Shown here one piece after another: positions 1 through 9,744 of a stretch of DNA of 64,000 nucleotides. Made by a program: the position numbers and the translations under genes. The stretch's first letter is position 1, and each line of letters starts with the position of its first letter. This DNA comes from Candidatus Oxydemutatoraceae bacterium (GTDB taxonomy: Bacteria > Pseudomonadota > Gammaproteobacteria > Poriferisulfidales > Oxydemutatoraceae): NCBI GenBank assembly GCA_965220085.1, contig CBDCOZ010000003.1, positions 1,184,001 to 1,248,000 of the forward strand. The letters run 5' to 3'. A model generated the notes under the pieces. That model searched no databases. It saw only the letters and a list, made by a program, of their open reading frames with translations, and was not told the DNA's origin.

Positions 1-75
1 GGCGATGCGCTGGCATCTGAGAACATCAGCACAATCTTTGAGATACCGCAAGAGTTGGCGAAGGAGTACGGTTAG
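1..75 (+). CDS. 3' end of a gene entering the window, possibly a metal ABC transporter ATP-binding protein
   Basis: Frame 1 reads GDALASENISTIFEIPQELAKEYG* (TAG 73-75), which resembles the tail of FecE/HmuV-type ATPases. Only 24 codons are visible. Confidence 0.3.
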   Translation, partial: GDALASENISTIFEIPQELAKEYG

Positions 76-90
76 CGTTTCCCGCTCGCC

Positions 91-545
91 AGTGCGTCTG
101 CGGGCCACACCGTATCCGGCAACTTGCGCATCGTTGGTCACAGCCCTCGCCGATGCATCTGCGAGCGACGCCGTATCTGGCAACTTGCGCATGGTTGACC
201 GCAACCTTCGCCGATGCATCTGCGGGCCACACCGTATCCCGGCAACTTGCGCATGGTTAGCCATAACCTTCGCCGATGCATCTGCGAGCGATGCCGTATC
301 TGGCAACTTGCGCATGGTTGGCCGCAACCTTCGCCGATGCATCTGCGGGCCACACCGTATCCCGGCAACTTGCGCATGGTTAGCCGCAACCTTCGCCGAT
401 GCATCTGCGGGCTACGCCGTATCCCGGCAACTTGCGCATCGTTGGCCACAGCCCTCGCCGATGCATCTGCGAGCGACGCCGTATCTGGCAACTTGCGCAT
501 CGTTGGTCACAGCCCTCGCCGATGCGTCTGCGGGCTACGCCCTTG
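91..545. repeat. Tandem array of ~7.5 copies of a 61-62 bp unit
   Basis: CAACTTGCGCAT recurs at 120, 181, 243, 304, 366, 428 and 489. Two sub-variants alternate (GCGAGCGACGCCGTATCTGG / GCGGGCCACACCGTATCCCGG). There are no unique spacers. Confidence 0.95.
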
Positions 546-580
546 TCTTGCCGATTCCCCCGCGAGAGGAGTGTCGCTTG
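529..580 (-). repeat. REP-like element, reverse orientation
   Basis: The reverse complement matches the ACACTCCCCCTCGCGGGGGAGTCGGC...AAGGGCGTAGCCCGCAG element at ~14925-14972. Confidence 0.75.
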
Positions 581-667
581 CGCCTTGCGGGGAGCATTGC
601 TTGTGATTGCGCCAACGGCGACCGGATTTGCCCATACCAGTAAACAACCCGCAAACAACTAATAACC

Positions 668-692
668 CGCAAACAACTGAATGTTGTTTGCG
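668..692. promoter_or_regulatory. Inverted repeat CGCAAACAAC-N5-GTTGTTTGCG, member of a dispersed palindrome family
   Basis: Perfect 10-bp arms upstream of bfr. Related copies lie at 35011, 55613, 57736, 57780, 60932 and 60976. Confidence 0.5.
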
Positions 693-779
693 TACCATAA
701 ATGGCGTACCATAAATGGCGTACCATATATAATATGCGGTGGTATCCCGCCAAACCGAATCAACCGAAAGGAGTTACTA

Positions 780-1241
780 ATGAACGACATGGAAAAAAGC
801 AAAGCGATTGAAATACTGAACCAGATTATGGAGACCGAGCTGGCCGGCGTAGTCCGCTACACACACTACTCGCTCATGGTATACGGCCATAGCAGAATTC
901 CGATTACCCAGTGGATGAAAGCCAACGCGCAAGAGAGCCTGACCCATGCGGAACGAGCAGGGGAGATGGTCACATTGCTCGGCGGCCACCCCTCGCTCAA
1001 GATCGGCAGTTTGCTTGAAACCGAGCAACACGATATTGAAAGCATCTTGAGGGAGAGTCTGGAGCACGAGAAGCAGGCCCTCAAGGCGTACTACGAATTG
1101 ATGAGGCTCGCCGAAGGCGCTGACGAAGCGGTCTTGTTGCAGGAGTACGCAAGGGAGATGATTACCGGCGAGGAGATGCATGTTGACGAAGTCAATAAGA
1201 TGCTCCGCAAGCCCGGCGACATCCTGCCGTACTCATCCTGA
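780..1241 (+). CDS. bfr: Bacterioferritin / ferritin-like diiron protein
   Basis: ILNQIMETELAGVVRY, ESLTHA and EEMHVD ferroxidase-type motifs; AAGGAG RBS before ATG 780. Confidence 0.8.
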   Translation: MNDMEKSKAIEILNQIMETELAGVVRYTHYSLMVYGHSRIPITQWMKANAQESLTHAERAGEMVTLLGGHPSLKIGSLLETEQHDIESILRESLEHEKQALKAYYELMRLAEGADEAVLLQEYAREMITGEEMHVDEVNKMLRKPGDILPYSS

Positions 1242-1319
1242 TGCCTGACTGGGGGGCAGGGGAATGCATACAATCGGCGGGCAACCTTAAGCGACCATCG
1301 TAAAACCAATTCGCGCGCG

Positions 1320-2528
1320 ATGCAATCGCTAATCCCCGCCGACCAGCCGCTGCTCGTCATGGCAGCGCTCCTCGCTATCGTCCTGTTCGGTTGCTGGGCG
1401 GAGAGAAAGCCGTGGGGCAAAACGATGACGGGCGCGGTGTGGGTGATACTCGCCTCAGTCATCCTGTCAAACGCAGGTGTCATACCGAAAGCGTCCCCGA
1501 CCTACGGCTTCGTATTCGCCTACCTGGTGCCGGCGCTGATCCCGTTGTTTCTAATCCACGCCGATGTGCGCCGCATCCTCGCTGAAAGCGGCCGGGTCGG
1601 AATATGTTTTATCCTCGCTTGCACCGGCACCACTCTCGGTGCGCTGCTCGGTGCGCACTTGCTCGACCTCGGCGCGCACGAGGACAAGCTCACCGGCATG
1701 TTCGCCGCCACCTACACCGGCGGCTCGGTCAATTATGCGGCGGTCGTTCAGGCCACCGGCCTTGATGACAACAACATCATATCGGCCGCCACCGCAGTGG
1801 ACAGCCTGATGGGCGTATCATTTCTGGCCATCCTGGTGATGATGCCCGCCTCCGCCTGGCTGATGCGCCGATTTGCCATCCGACAAGAAGGCGCCGGCTC
1901 TGCGACCGGCACAGAATCATTGCTCGGCGCCGAGTCCGGCGTAGGCAGCTTCGGCATTGCGGCGGCCATTGCATTTGCCCTCGCAGTCGTCGCGCTGTCG
2001 GATGTGACAGTCGCGCTGTTGAACGCCGTATTCCCCGCCACCGGCTTTGACTTCAATCTATTGCGCTATGTGTTTGTCACGCTATTTGCGGTCGTGCCCG
2101 CGACACTCTTCCCCTGGCACATGCAACAACTCAAAGGCGGGCGCAGCATCGGCTTCGTATTCGCATTCGTATTTTTTGCCGCCATCGCCGCCGGCGCCGA
2201 CATACAAAAGATGCTGGACACCGCGCCCATCCTGATCGGCTTTGCCGCCATCTTGCTCCTCGCGCATCTCGTCACCTTATTCATCGGCGGCGCCTTGCTA
2301 TGCCAAATCAGCAACCTCGTGAGCGGCGAACGCAACAACAAACTGGCGCCGAGCTTGCCGGAATTGATCATCGCATCCAACGCCGCAGTCCTCGGTGCGA
2401 CAACCGCCCCCGCACTGGCGCTGGCGCGAGGCTGGACGACATTGGTAACCCCCGGCGTACTCGTCGGTGTCGCAGGCTACATCATCGGCACACCGCTTGG
2501 CATCGCCATCGCCACATTATTGCTGTGA
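1320..2528 (+). CDS. DUF819-family integral membrane protein
   Basis: Multiple hydrophobic helices; ATYTGGSVNYAAV, ASNAAVLGATTA and GVAGYIIGT motifs typical of DUF819. Confidence 0.8.
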   Translation: MQSLIPADQPLLVMAALLAIVLFGCWAERKPWGKTMTGAVWVILASVILSNAGVIPKASPTYGFVFAYLVPALIPLFLIHADVRRILAESGRVGICFILACTGTTLGALLGAHLLDLGAHEDKLTGMFAATYTGGSVNYAAVVQATGLDDNNIISAATAVDSLMGVSFLAILVMMPASAWLMRRFAIRQEGAGSATGTESLLGAESGVGSFGIAAAIAFALAVVALSDVTVALLNAVFPATGFDFNLLRYVFVTLFAVVPATLFPWHMQQLKGGRSIGFVFAFVFFAAIAAGADIQKMLDTAPILIGFAAILLLAHLVTLFIGGALLCQISNLVSGERNNKLAPSLPELIIASNAAVLGATTAPALALARGWTTLVTPGVLVGVAGYIIGTPLGIAIATLLL

Positions 2529-2569
2529 TATACTGATGCGCAACGTAGTATCGCCTTGGAGAATGCAAG

Positions 2570-3901
2570 ATGACTGAAACCGCAAACACAAGCCTTAACA
2601 AAAGTGATGTTGATGATATTGACAATATCATCACACTGTTTAACGAGTACGAGCAGAAGCGGGATGCGCAAAGACACCGGGGCTTGAACGACTTCAATCC
2701 ATTCACGATAGTATTAAAGGGACACTATGAAGTACAACTACACTCTCGTTTCCTGCGTCACTTGCTTGACCCGCATGCCGACCACTATCAGGGTGATTTG
2801 TTTCTGCAACTGTTTTTGGATAAATGCGGATTGCCAGATTTCTTCAATGACACCATGCGTTGCCAGACTTATAATGAATATGAATATATTGACATCTATA
2901 TCACCGATGGGAGCAAGCATCTCATCATTGAGAACAAGATATGGACAGGCGATCAACCCGACCAGCTTAAACGCTATGTGGAAGATATTGAGGAAGAGGG
3001 CGCAGGCAAAGAGAGCATAGCCGTAATATATTTATCTTTGGACAGAGATGGAAAAAAAAGATACCCGAATCTGAAGTCTGAATTTTCATCTGTTAAAGAA
3101 TTCGAATCCATTCATTATGATAAAGAAATCACCGAATGGCTGAAAGACGCCTATGAACAGGTTGCCAATATCACCAACCTGTCTCTGGGTATCCGTCAAT
3201 ATCAGGAAGTGATACAAAAATTATATGGAACCTATAGGAGGAAAGCGATGAGCTTAGAAGACTACATTACAGACAACATACCGGAAGACAAGCGAAGAGA
3301 AACAGTACAGACGATAGAGAAAATTATCCAAGAATATAACCACCGCAGACAGCCTGTAATGCAAAAATTCTTTGACGAGGTCATCAAAAGGCTGGAAGAC
3401 AAACTGAAGAGTCATCAGGAATGGGAAATGAAGTGTAATGAAGGTAATCTTAAAAACGGTAAAGGAGGGGCTCAACTAATAAGAATCCAACCAAAAGAGC
3501 CTGCAGGGGATTCTCTGATACGTTTTTCATTTGAATACGGCGAAAAAAATTTTCATAACCCCTATTGGGGCATCGTTAGCGGTGACCACAAGAAATTGAA
3601 AGAGTTACGAGAAAAGTACAAAGAAAAGCACCCTGACTCAAAGCTTTCCGAACTGCCTCATGCGGATTTGTGGATAAAAATAGAGTCAGTTTATAGCGAG
3701 GATCGCAACTGGAGAGAATATTGCGATCACTTCTCTGAGGTTATGATGAGGCTAGGTATAGAAAAAGCCGCTGAAAATTTTGTCACAAGGTTTTTTGATG
3801 AAATCATCACTGAAGACAATATGGAGTTAGTGAAAGAACTCAATGAGTTGTGGTCGGAGATAGAGAAAGGGGATAAAGGCCAAACCCCTGCGAATAACTA
3901 A
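2570..3901 (+). CDS. PD-(D/E)XK nuclease superfamily protein (PDDEXK_4-like), copy 1
   Basis: EVQLHSRFLRHLLDP..H.QGDLFL and IDIYI...IIENKI..GDQPDQLKRY motifs; AT-rich relative to the flanks. Confidence 0.85.
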   Translation: MTETANTSLNKSDVDDIDNIITLFNEYEQKRDAQRHRGLNDFNPFTIVLKGHYEVQLHSRFLRHLLDPHADHYQGDLFLQLFLDKCGLPDFFNDTMRCQTYNEYEYIDIYITDGSKHLIIENKIWTGDQPDQLKRYVEDIEEEGAGKESIAVIYLSLDRDGKKRYPNLKSEFSSVKEFESIHYDKEITEWLKDAYEQVANITNLSLGIRQYQEVIQKLYGTYRRKAMSLEDYITDNIPEDKRRETVQTIEKIIQEYNHRRQPVMQKFFDEVIKRLEDKLKSHQEWEMKCNEGNLKNGKGGAQLIRIQPKEPAGDSLIRFSFEYGEKNFHNPYWGIVSGDHKKLKELREKYKEKHPDSKLSELPHADLWIKIESVYSEDRNWREYCDHFSEVMMRLGIEKAAENFVTRFFDEIITEDNMELVKELNELWSEIEKGDKGQTPANN

Positions 3902-3942
3902 CTTCAAAATAAACCCAATGCTATCGCCTTAGAGAATGCAAG

Positions 3943-5250
3943 ATGACTGAAACCGCAAACACAAGCCTTAACAAAAGTGATGTTGATGATATTGACAATA
4001 TCATCACACTGTTTAACGAGTACGAGCAGAAGCGGGATGCGCAAAGACACCGGGGCTTGAACGACTTCAATCCATTCACGATAGTATTAAAGGGACACTA
4101 TGAAGTACAACTACACTCTCGTTTCCTGCGTCACTTGCTTGACCCGCATGCCGACCACTATCAGGGTGATTTGTTTCTGCAACTGTTTTTGGATAAATGC
4201 GGATTGCCAGATTTCTTCAATGACACCATGCGTTGCCATGCGCATAACGAATATAAACGTATTGACATCTATATCACCGATGGGAACAAGCGCCTCATCA
4301 TTGAGAACAAGATATGGGCGGGGGATCAGCCCGACCAGCTTAAACGCTATGTGGAAGAAATCGAGAAAGAGGGTGCGGGAAAAAATAGCATAGCCGTAAT
4401 GTATTTATCTTTGGATAGGGATGGAAAAGAAAGATACCCGAATCTGGAGTCTGAATTTTTATCTGTCAAAGAATTCAAATCCATTCACTACAACAAAGAA
4501 ATTACCGAATGGTTGGAAGACGCCCATAAGCAGGTTGCCAGTATTCCTAACCTGTCTCTGGGCATTCGTCAGTATCAGGAAGTGATACAAAAGTTATATG
4601 GAACCTACAGGAGGAAAGCGATGAATTTATACGACTACATTGCAGATACAGAAAATGTATCGCAGGGCAAGCGAAGAGAAACAGCACAGACGATAGAGAA
4701 AATTGTCAAAGAGTGTGACCATTGCAAACCGAATGTAATGAAAGACTTCTTTGACAAGGTTATCGCAGAGTTGAAGAAAAAACTAGAGAGCCCGGAATAT
4801 AACAATGATTGGGAAGTAGGGTGTCCTTGGGGTGAGGCCGAGCTTAAAGCTGGCAAGCGGTGGAAACGTTTAATAGTTCAACAAAAGAGTCCTGCAGAAC
4901 AGCAGCCTCCGATATATTTTGCATTTGAATACGACGCGAATAGTTACCATAACCCCGTTTGGGGCATTGCTAGAAGCAGTGACAAGATAGATTTAGAAGC
5001 TTTAACAAAAAAGTCGCGAAATACACCACAGGCAGCTTGGTGGATAGATATCCGGCCAGTTTATGAGAAAGATTACGATCATTTCTTTGAGGTTATGGCG
5101 CAAGGTGTAGAAAAAGCCGCTGAAGATTTTGTCACAAAACTTTTTAAGGAAGTCATCACTGAAGACAATATGAAATTAGTGATGAAACTCAATGAACTGT
5201 GGCTGGAGATAGAGAAAGGGGATAAAGGCCAAACCCCTGCGAATAACTAA
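3943..5250 (+). CDS. PD-(D/E)XK nuclease superfamily protein (PDDEXK_4-like), copy 2
   Basis: N-terminal ~225 aa nearly identical to copy 1, divergent C-terminal half, identical terminal EIEKGDKGQTPANN. Confidence 0.85.
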   Translation: MTETANTSLNKSDVDDIDNIITLFNEYEQKRDAQRHRGLNDFNPFTIVLKGHYEVQLHSRFLRHLLDPHADHYQGDLFLQLFLDKCGLPDFFNDTMRCHAHNEYKRIDIYITDGNKRLIIENKIWAGDQPDQLKRYVEEIEKEGAGKNSIAVMYLSLDRDGKERYPNLESEFLSVKEFKSIHYNKEITEWLEDAHKQVASIPNLSLGIRQYQEVIQKLYGTYRRKAMNLYDYIADTENVSQGKRRETAQTIEKIVKECDHCKPNVMKDFFDKVIAELKKKLESPEYNNDWEVGCPWGEAELKAGKRWKRLIVQQKSPAEQQPPIYFAFEYDANSYHNPVWGIARSSDKIDLEALTKKSRNTPQAAWWIDIRPVYEKDYDHFFEVMAQGVEKAAEDFVTKLFKEVITEDNMKLVMKLNELWLEIEKGDKGQTPANN

Positions 5251-5291
5251 CTTCAAAATAAACCCAATGCTATCGCCTTAGAGAATGCAAG

Positions 5292-6632
5292 ATGACTGAA
5301 ACCGCAAACATAAACCTTAACAAAAGTGATGTTGACAACATCATCACACTGTTTAACGAGTACGAGCAGAAGCGGGATGCGCAAAGACACCGAGGCTTGA
5401 ACGACTTCAATCCATTCACGATAGTATTACATGGGCACGATGAAGTGCGTCTGCACTCCCGCTTCCTGCGTTACTTGCTTGACCCGCACGCCGACCACTA
5501 TCAGGGTGATTTGTTTCTGCAACTGTTTTTGGAGAAATGCGGATTGCAAGGTTTCTTCGATGATTCCACCCATTGCCAGACTTATAATGAATATGAACAT
5601 ATTGACATCTATATCACCGATGGGAACAAGCGCCTCATCATTGAGAACAAGATATGGGCGGGGGATCAGCCCAACCAGCTTCAAAAGCATGTGAAGAAGG
5701 TTCAAGATAAAAGTGCGGAAGGGGAGAGCACAACCGAAAAAAGTATAGTTGTAATGTATCTGTCTTTGGACAGAGATGGAAAAGAAAGATACCCGAATCT
5801 GGAGTCTGAATTTTCATCTGTTAAAGAATTAAAATCCATTCACTACAACAAAGAAATTACCGAATGGTTGGAAGAAGCCCATGAGCAGGTTGCTAATATC
5901 ACCAACCTATCTCTGGGTATTCGTCAGTATCAAGAAGTGATACAAAAGTTATATGGAACCTATGGGAGGAAAGTAATGAACTTATATGACTACATTACAG
6001 ATACAGAAAATGTATCGCAGGACAAGCGAAGAGAAACAGTACAGACGATACAGACGATAGAGAAAGTTATCCAAGAGTATAACAATTGCAAACTGGATAT
6101 AATGACAAAGTTCTTTGACAAGGTTATCGCGGGGTTAGAAGGTGAATTGGAGAGGCAGGGATGTGCTCAAGAATGGAAAGCAACATTTCATAAAGGGAAG
6201 GAAAGTGATGTTAAAGCTGGCAAGCATTATGGTCGTCGGCGTTTAATAGTCCAACAAAAAAGGAATACAGGGCATCATCCCCCGATATATTTTGCATTTG
6301 AATACAGTGCAAATGGTTATCATAACCCCGGTTGGGGCATCACCAGAAGCCGTCGAGAGGTAGATTTTGCTAAGTTAAAAAGGGCGTATGAGGCTGACCC
6401 TTGTTCTGGCATCGAGTTTCCCGCTTCTGACCCCCTTCCTGCGCATTGGTGGATAAATATTCAGTCAGTTTATGGAGAAGACTGCTATCATTTTCTTAAA
6501 ATTGTGGAATTAGGCGAAAAAGAAGCCGCTGAAAATTTTGTCACAAGGTTTTTTGCCAAAGTCATCACTAAAGAGAATATGAAGTTAGTGATGAAACTCA
6601 ATGAACTGTGGCCGAAGGTGGAGAAGAGCTAG
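5292..6632 (+). CDS. PD-(D/E)XK nuclease superfamily protein (PDDEXK_4-like), copy 3
   Basis: Same N-terminal nuclease motifs and the same upstream TATCGCCTTAGAGAATGCAAG-ATG; third variant of the C-terminal half. Confidence 0.85.
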   Translation: MTETANINLNKSDVDNIITLFNEYEQKRDAQRHRGLNDFNPFTIVLHGHDEVRLHSRFLRYLLDPHADHYQGDLFLQLFLEKCGLQGFFDDSTHCQTYNEYEHIDIYITDGNKRLIIENKIWAGDQPNQLQKHVKKVQDKSAEGESTTEKSIVVMYLSLDRDGKERYPNLESEFSSVKELKSIHYNKEITEWLEEAHEQVANITNLSLGIRQYQEVIQKLYGTYGRKVMNLYDYITDTENVSQDKRRETVQTIQTIEKVIQEYNNCKLDIMTKFFDKVIAGLEGELERQGCAQEWKATFHKGKESDVKAGKHYGRRRLIVQQKRNTGHHPPIYFAFEYSANGYHNPGWGITRSRREVDFAKLKRAYEADPCSGIEFPASDPLPAHWWINIQSVYGEDCYHFLKIVELGEKEAAENFVTRFFAKVITKENMKLVMKLNELWPKVEKS

Positions 6633-6793
6633 CGGGCAAGGGTTAAAACTCTGTGACTTGCTGACTTTGCAAGTGCATCCTGCCGGTCTTGCAAGTAAGA
6701 GGAAACGAGCCTGAATAGGGAGGAGAGGAACAGGCCCGTTTCCAATGCTGTTGAGGCGAGCGCTATCAGGCAAGCACGCCCTCCGCGTTGCCA

Positions 6794-7363
6794 TCAGCGG
6801 CTCGCGTTTGCAATCTCCTCAAAATCCACCTTGCGATAAGCAAACCGCTGTTCGCCGCTCAACTGAGCCCCGTAGCCGCTCACCCAATCCTTATGCAACC
6901 CAAGCGTTTGCGCAGCGGGCGGCAGAATCGTGAAGGTAACCTGATACAAATCGCTGCGCTTGCCGGGCAGCGCTATGTTGCGCGCGTAATGAAAGTTATC
7001 GATCAGATTGAGGTGCGGGGTGAGATCGACAAAAGTCCTCATTCCCGTCTTCTCATTCTTCACCTCCGCAACGATGTTGAGATAGGGCACGAACCCTCCG
7101 GCAGGAGTCCCCGCGGGAATATCTTTGCTGTCCCAGTTCACCCGCGCTTCGATATGCACATCGGTCTGCGCTTCGGGCAGGTGCATGCCTTTGGGCGCGA
7201 TTTCATCTTTGATAGCCCCTTCAAAGATGAACACGATTCCGGGCTCTGCGCGTTCCTTGCCGATGACAAGTTCAAGTGCGGCAACCGTGCCGCCCGCAAG
7301 CAGAAGGGCGGTGCCCAAGATTGCCGAAAGCGTTTTTCTGCTGCTTCTATTGTGTGTATTCAT
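6794..7363 (-). CDS. Periplasmic iron-transport protein, P19/Tp34 family
   Basis: Signal peptide; DVHIEA, GFVPYL and HYARNI motifs characteristic of P19/Tpd; Fur box upstream. Confidence 0.8.
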   Translation of the reverse strand: MNTHNRSSRKTLSAILGTALLLAGGTVAALELVIGKERAEPGIVFIFEGAIKDEIAPKGMHLPEAQTDVHIEARVNWDSKDIPAGTPAGGFVPYLNIVAEVKNEKTGMRTFVDLTPHLNLIDNFHYARNIALPGKRSDLYQVTFTILPPAAQTLGLHKDWVSGYGAQLSGEQRFAYRKVDFEEIANASR

Positions 7364-7462
7364 GATGGTTTCCCTCCGTATTATTTAGGCGCCAAAAGAT
7401 GCCGACATAGGCAGTTAACATCCGGTTTTCGTTGTTGCTAAAGCCTTTCCAGCCTCTATAAG

Positions 7463-7481
7463 AATAAGAATGATTCTCAAT
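7463..7481. promoter_or_regulatory. Fur box
   Basis: AATAAGAATGATTCTCAAT resembles the Fur consensus GATAATGATAATCATTATC and lies between the divergent P19 and outer-membrane protein genes. Confidence 0.7.
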
Positions 7482-7559
7482 TATAGGCTATGAGTCAGGA
7501 TTGTCAAGGAGTATAATCAGGAACCCTGCATCACGGCAGGGCAAGGTTTTGAGGCATCT

Positions 7560-8315
7560 ATGGAGGGTGGCGTCATGAAAAAGGACATAAGAAGGGACAT
7601 ATTTTATACAGGTCTGCTGGCAGCGCTGACAACGGCGCTCGGCCTATCATCGGCATCGGCGGATGAAGGTTTCTACGGCAGCATCATGTTTGGCGAGGAG
7701 TTTGCGGATGCTCGTCTGAACAAGCTCGTCGGTCAAACGAATGCGCGCGACAGCGAGAATGAGGAAGACATGATGTTCGGGATAGCGGTCGGCTATCAGT
7801 TTAGTCTGGCGCCGAGAACACACCTCAAGACCGAGTTGGACTTCGCCGCGCACAAGCAGGCCATTCACGGCTTTCTTGACGGCACCGGAACGGACCCCGA
7901 AGATGTCTGGCCGGGCGCGTGGTCGGTCGAAAAAAACCGCAGCGCGGGTCTGACTTTCAAACTCGGCTACGAACCCGAAGCAATCAACCCGATTGACTCA
8001 ATATATCTGCTCACCGGTGTGCGCTGGCTCCCGCTTACCGGCGAAGTGCATGCAAACGGCAACGCCGCTCCGAACCAACCGATAGCGGCGGTTTCACGCC
8101 GCGATTTTGATGTCCGCCCGTGGGTCATCGGCACCGGCGCAACCTTTGAAGCGCTTGAGACCGGCCAGTTCAACTTTGAATTGCGCTATATGGACTATGG
8201 CTTTGACTGGTTTTTCCCGGGTGACTCCGACCCCGCCGACACCATTATCCGCCACGACATCGATGTAAACGAATGGAAGCTGCTGTTCGGTTACTCGTGG
8301 GAACTGGATATGTAG
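7560..8315 (+). CDS. Outer-membrane beta-barrel protein
   Basis: Signal peptide (ASA-DE), amphipathic strands (FGIAVGYQF, KLGYE) and terminal LLFGYSW. The start may instead be ATG 7576. Confidence 0.7.
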   Translation: MEGGVMKKDIRRDIFYTGLLAALTTALGLSSASADEGFYGSIMFGEEFADARLNKLVGQTNARDSENEEDMMFGIAVGYQFSLAPRTHLKTELDFAAHKQAIHGFLDGTGTDPEDVWPGAWSVEKNRSAGLTFKLGYEPEAINPIDSIYLLTGVRWLPLTGEVHANGNAAPNQPIAAVSRRDFDVRPWVIGTGATFEALETGQFNFELRYMDYGFDWFFPGDSDPADTIIRHDIDVNEWKLLFGYSWELDM

Positions 8316-8449
8316 TCGCCGCCGCTCGCCTTCTATGCCAGTCGCAAAATGGCTTGTAGAAGGTTTCGCATCCGAGCATACCGACGCTTATCACAAACAA
8401 CGCGCTGCCAACGGGCGTCATATTCCCAATGCGCTGACACGCGCAACAA

Positions 8450-8488
8450 TGTCATACAACTGTCATACAAGCGTCATGCGGATGTCAT
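8450..8488 (+). promoter_or_regulatory. Tandem PhoB (pho) boxes
   Basis: Four TGTCAT/CGTCAT half-sites at exact 11-bp spacing (8450, 8461, 8472, 8483) upstream of a porin gene. Confidence 0.8.
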
Positions 8489-8580
8489 AGAGGCGGGCTA
8501 TCCTGTGCATTAATAAGCAAGCGGCCACAGCGTCGCCGCTGTTTTTAGCAAATTGTTTTCACATTATGAGGAAAGTAAAA

Positions 8581-9702
8581 ATGAAACATAACTTTTTAAT
8601 CAGATGCGGTATTGCGCTCGTACTGATGGCGCTTCCGTTGCTGGCAACCGCCGCTAAGTTTAAGATTGAAGACGGTCCCGAGTTGGACATCTGGGGACTG
8701 GCCCAGCTTCAAGCGGAGGTCATTGACACAGATGCCGACGATGACGGCCTGAAGTTTGGCGCGGATCGCGTCCGCTTCGGTACCAAGATGAAGTGGGGCG
8801 ATTGGAAGCTGGACTTCCAATTCAATCCCAAAGACAGCAAAGGCGACGGCAGCGAAGGCACATTGGGCGATGACAGCTTTATCCGTGATGCGGTCGCTGC
8901 CTACAAGTTCGGCGACCATCTTGCGATGAAGTTCGGACAATACAAAACCCCGCTTGGCATGACATATAACATGAGCGGCACCCGGTTGCCGCTGATGAAG
9001 CGCGCGATGGCAAGCCGCTTGGCGCTGGATCGCACACTCGGCGCATCGCTTAGCGGTCGTTATATCGGCGGCGATAAAAAGACCGGCAGCTTCGGCTATG
9101 ACATCGGCGTATACAACCCGGCCGGTCGTTCCAAAGCCTATGCGGATACCAACCAGAACGGCGAAGGCGACACATACAGCTATGTCGGTCGCCTTGTTTA
9201 TGACTACGGCAAGGTGTTGCACTTTGAAGCCGCTTACGCGGAGGTTGAAGATGCCGGCTGTTCGCTATTTGATGTCGACGATCCGACATTGTGCATAGGC
9301 AGCGAAGACTACGAAGTCTTTGATCTCGGCGCCATGTATAAGAACGGCCCGGCGCGCATCCGCGCCGAATACATTGACGGCGAAAACGTCAAAGGCATGG
9401 ATGGCTTTGACGAGCAGTCGTGGTTCGTCGAAGGCGGCTATAAGTTCGCCGACATAGCAGAAGCGGTTGCCCGTTATCAGCAAAGCGAATGCGATGACTG
9501 CGACGGCGCCGTCGGCGCGGACGAAGAACTCAGCCGCATGGAAGTCGGCCTAAACCTCTTCCTCGGCCCGACTGACAGAACCGGTCGCGTCCAACTCTAC
9601 TACGCCGATGTCGGAGACGACGAAGAAGACTACTCCGGCATAGCCGGCGGCGGCAATAACAGGTACGACATGGTCGGCGCGCAGTTGCAGATGATGTTCT
9701 GA
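8581..9702 (+). CDS. Phosphate-selective porin, OprO/OprP-like
   Basis: Signal peptide, RVRFG and KFGQYKTPLG motifs, C-terminal Phe (QLQMMF), pho boxes upstream. Confidence 0.75.
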   Translation: MKHNFLIRCGIALVLMALPLLATAAKFKIEDGPELDIWGLAQLQAEVIDTDADDDGLKFGADRVRFGTKMKWGDWKLDFQFNPKDSKGDGSEGTLGDDSFIRDAVAAYKFGDHLAMKFGQYKTPLGMTYNMSGTRLPLMKRAMASRLALDRTLGASLSGRYIGGDKKTGSFGYDIGVYNPAGRSKAYADTNQNGEGDTYSYVGRLVYDYGKVLHFEAAYAEVEDAGCSLFDVDDPTLCIGSEDYEVFDLGAMYKNGPARIRAEYIDGENVKGMDGFDEQSWFVEGGYKFADIAEAVARYQQSECDDCDGAVGADEELSRMEVGLNLFLGPTDRTGRVQLYYADVGDDEEDYSGIAGGGNNRYDMVGAQLQMMF

Positions 9703-9744
9703 CTTGTAAACAGAGCAAAAAGTGGCTAAACTGCTCATTTGTTT

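Noticed and set aside
91-545. CRISPR array
   Set aside because: The whole unit repeats with only point variants; there are no unique spacers and no cas genes.
5-662. ORFs of 87-212 aa across the 61-bp array
   Set aside because: They are translations of a non-triplet repeat with shifting frames and show no protein-like features.
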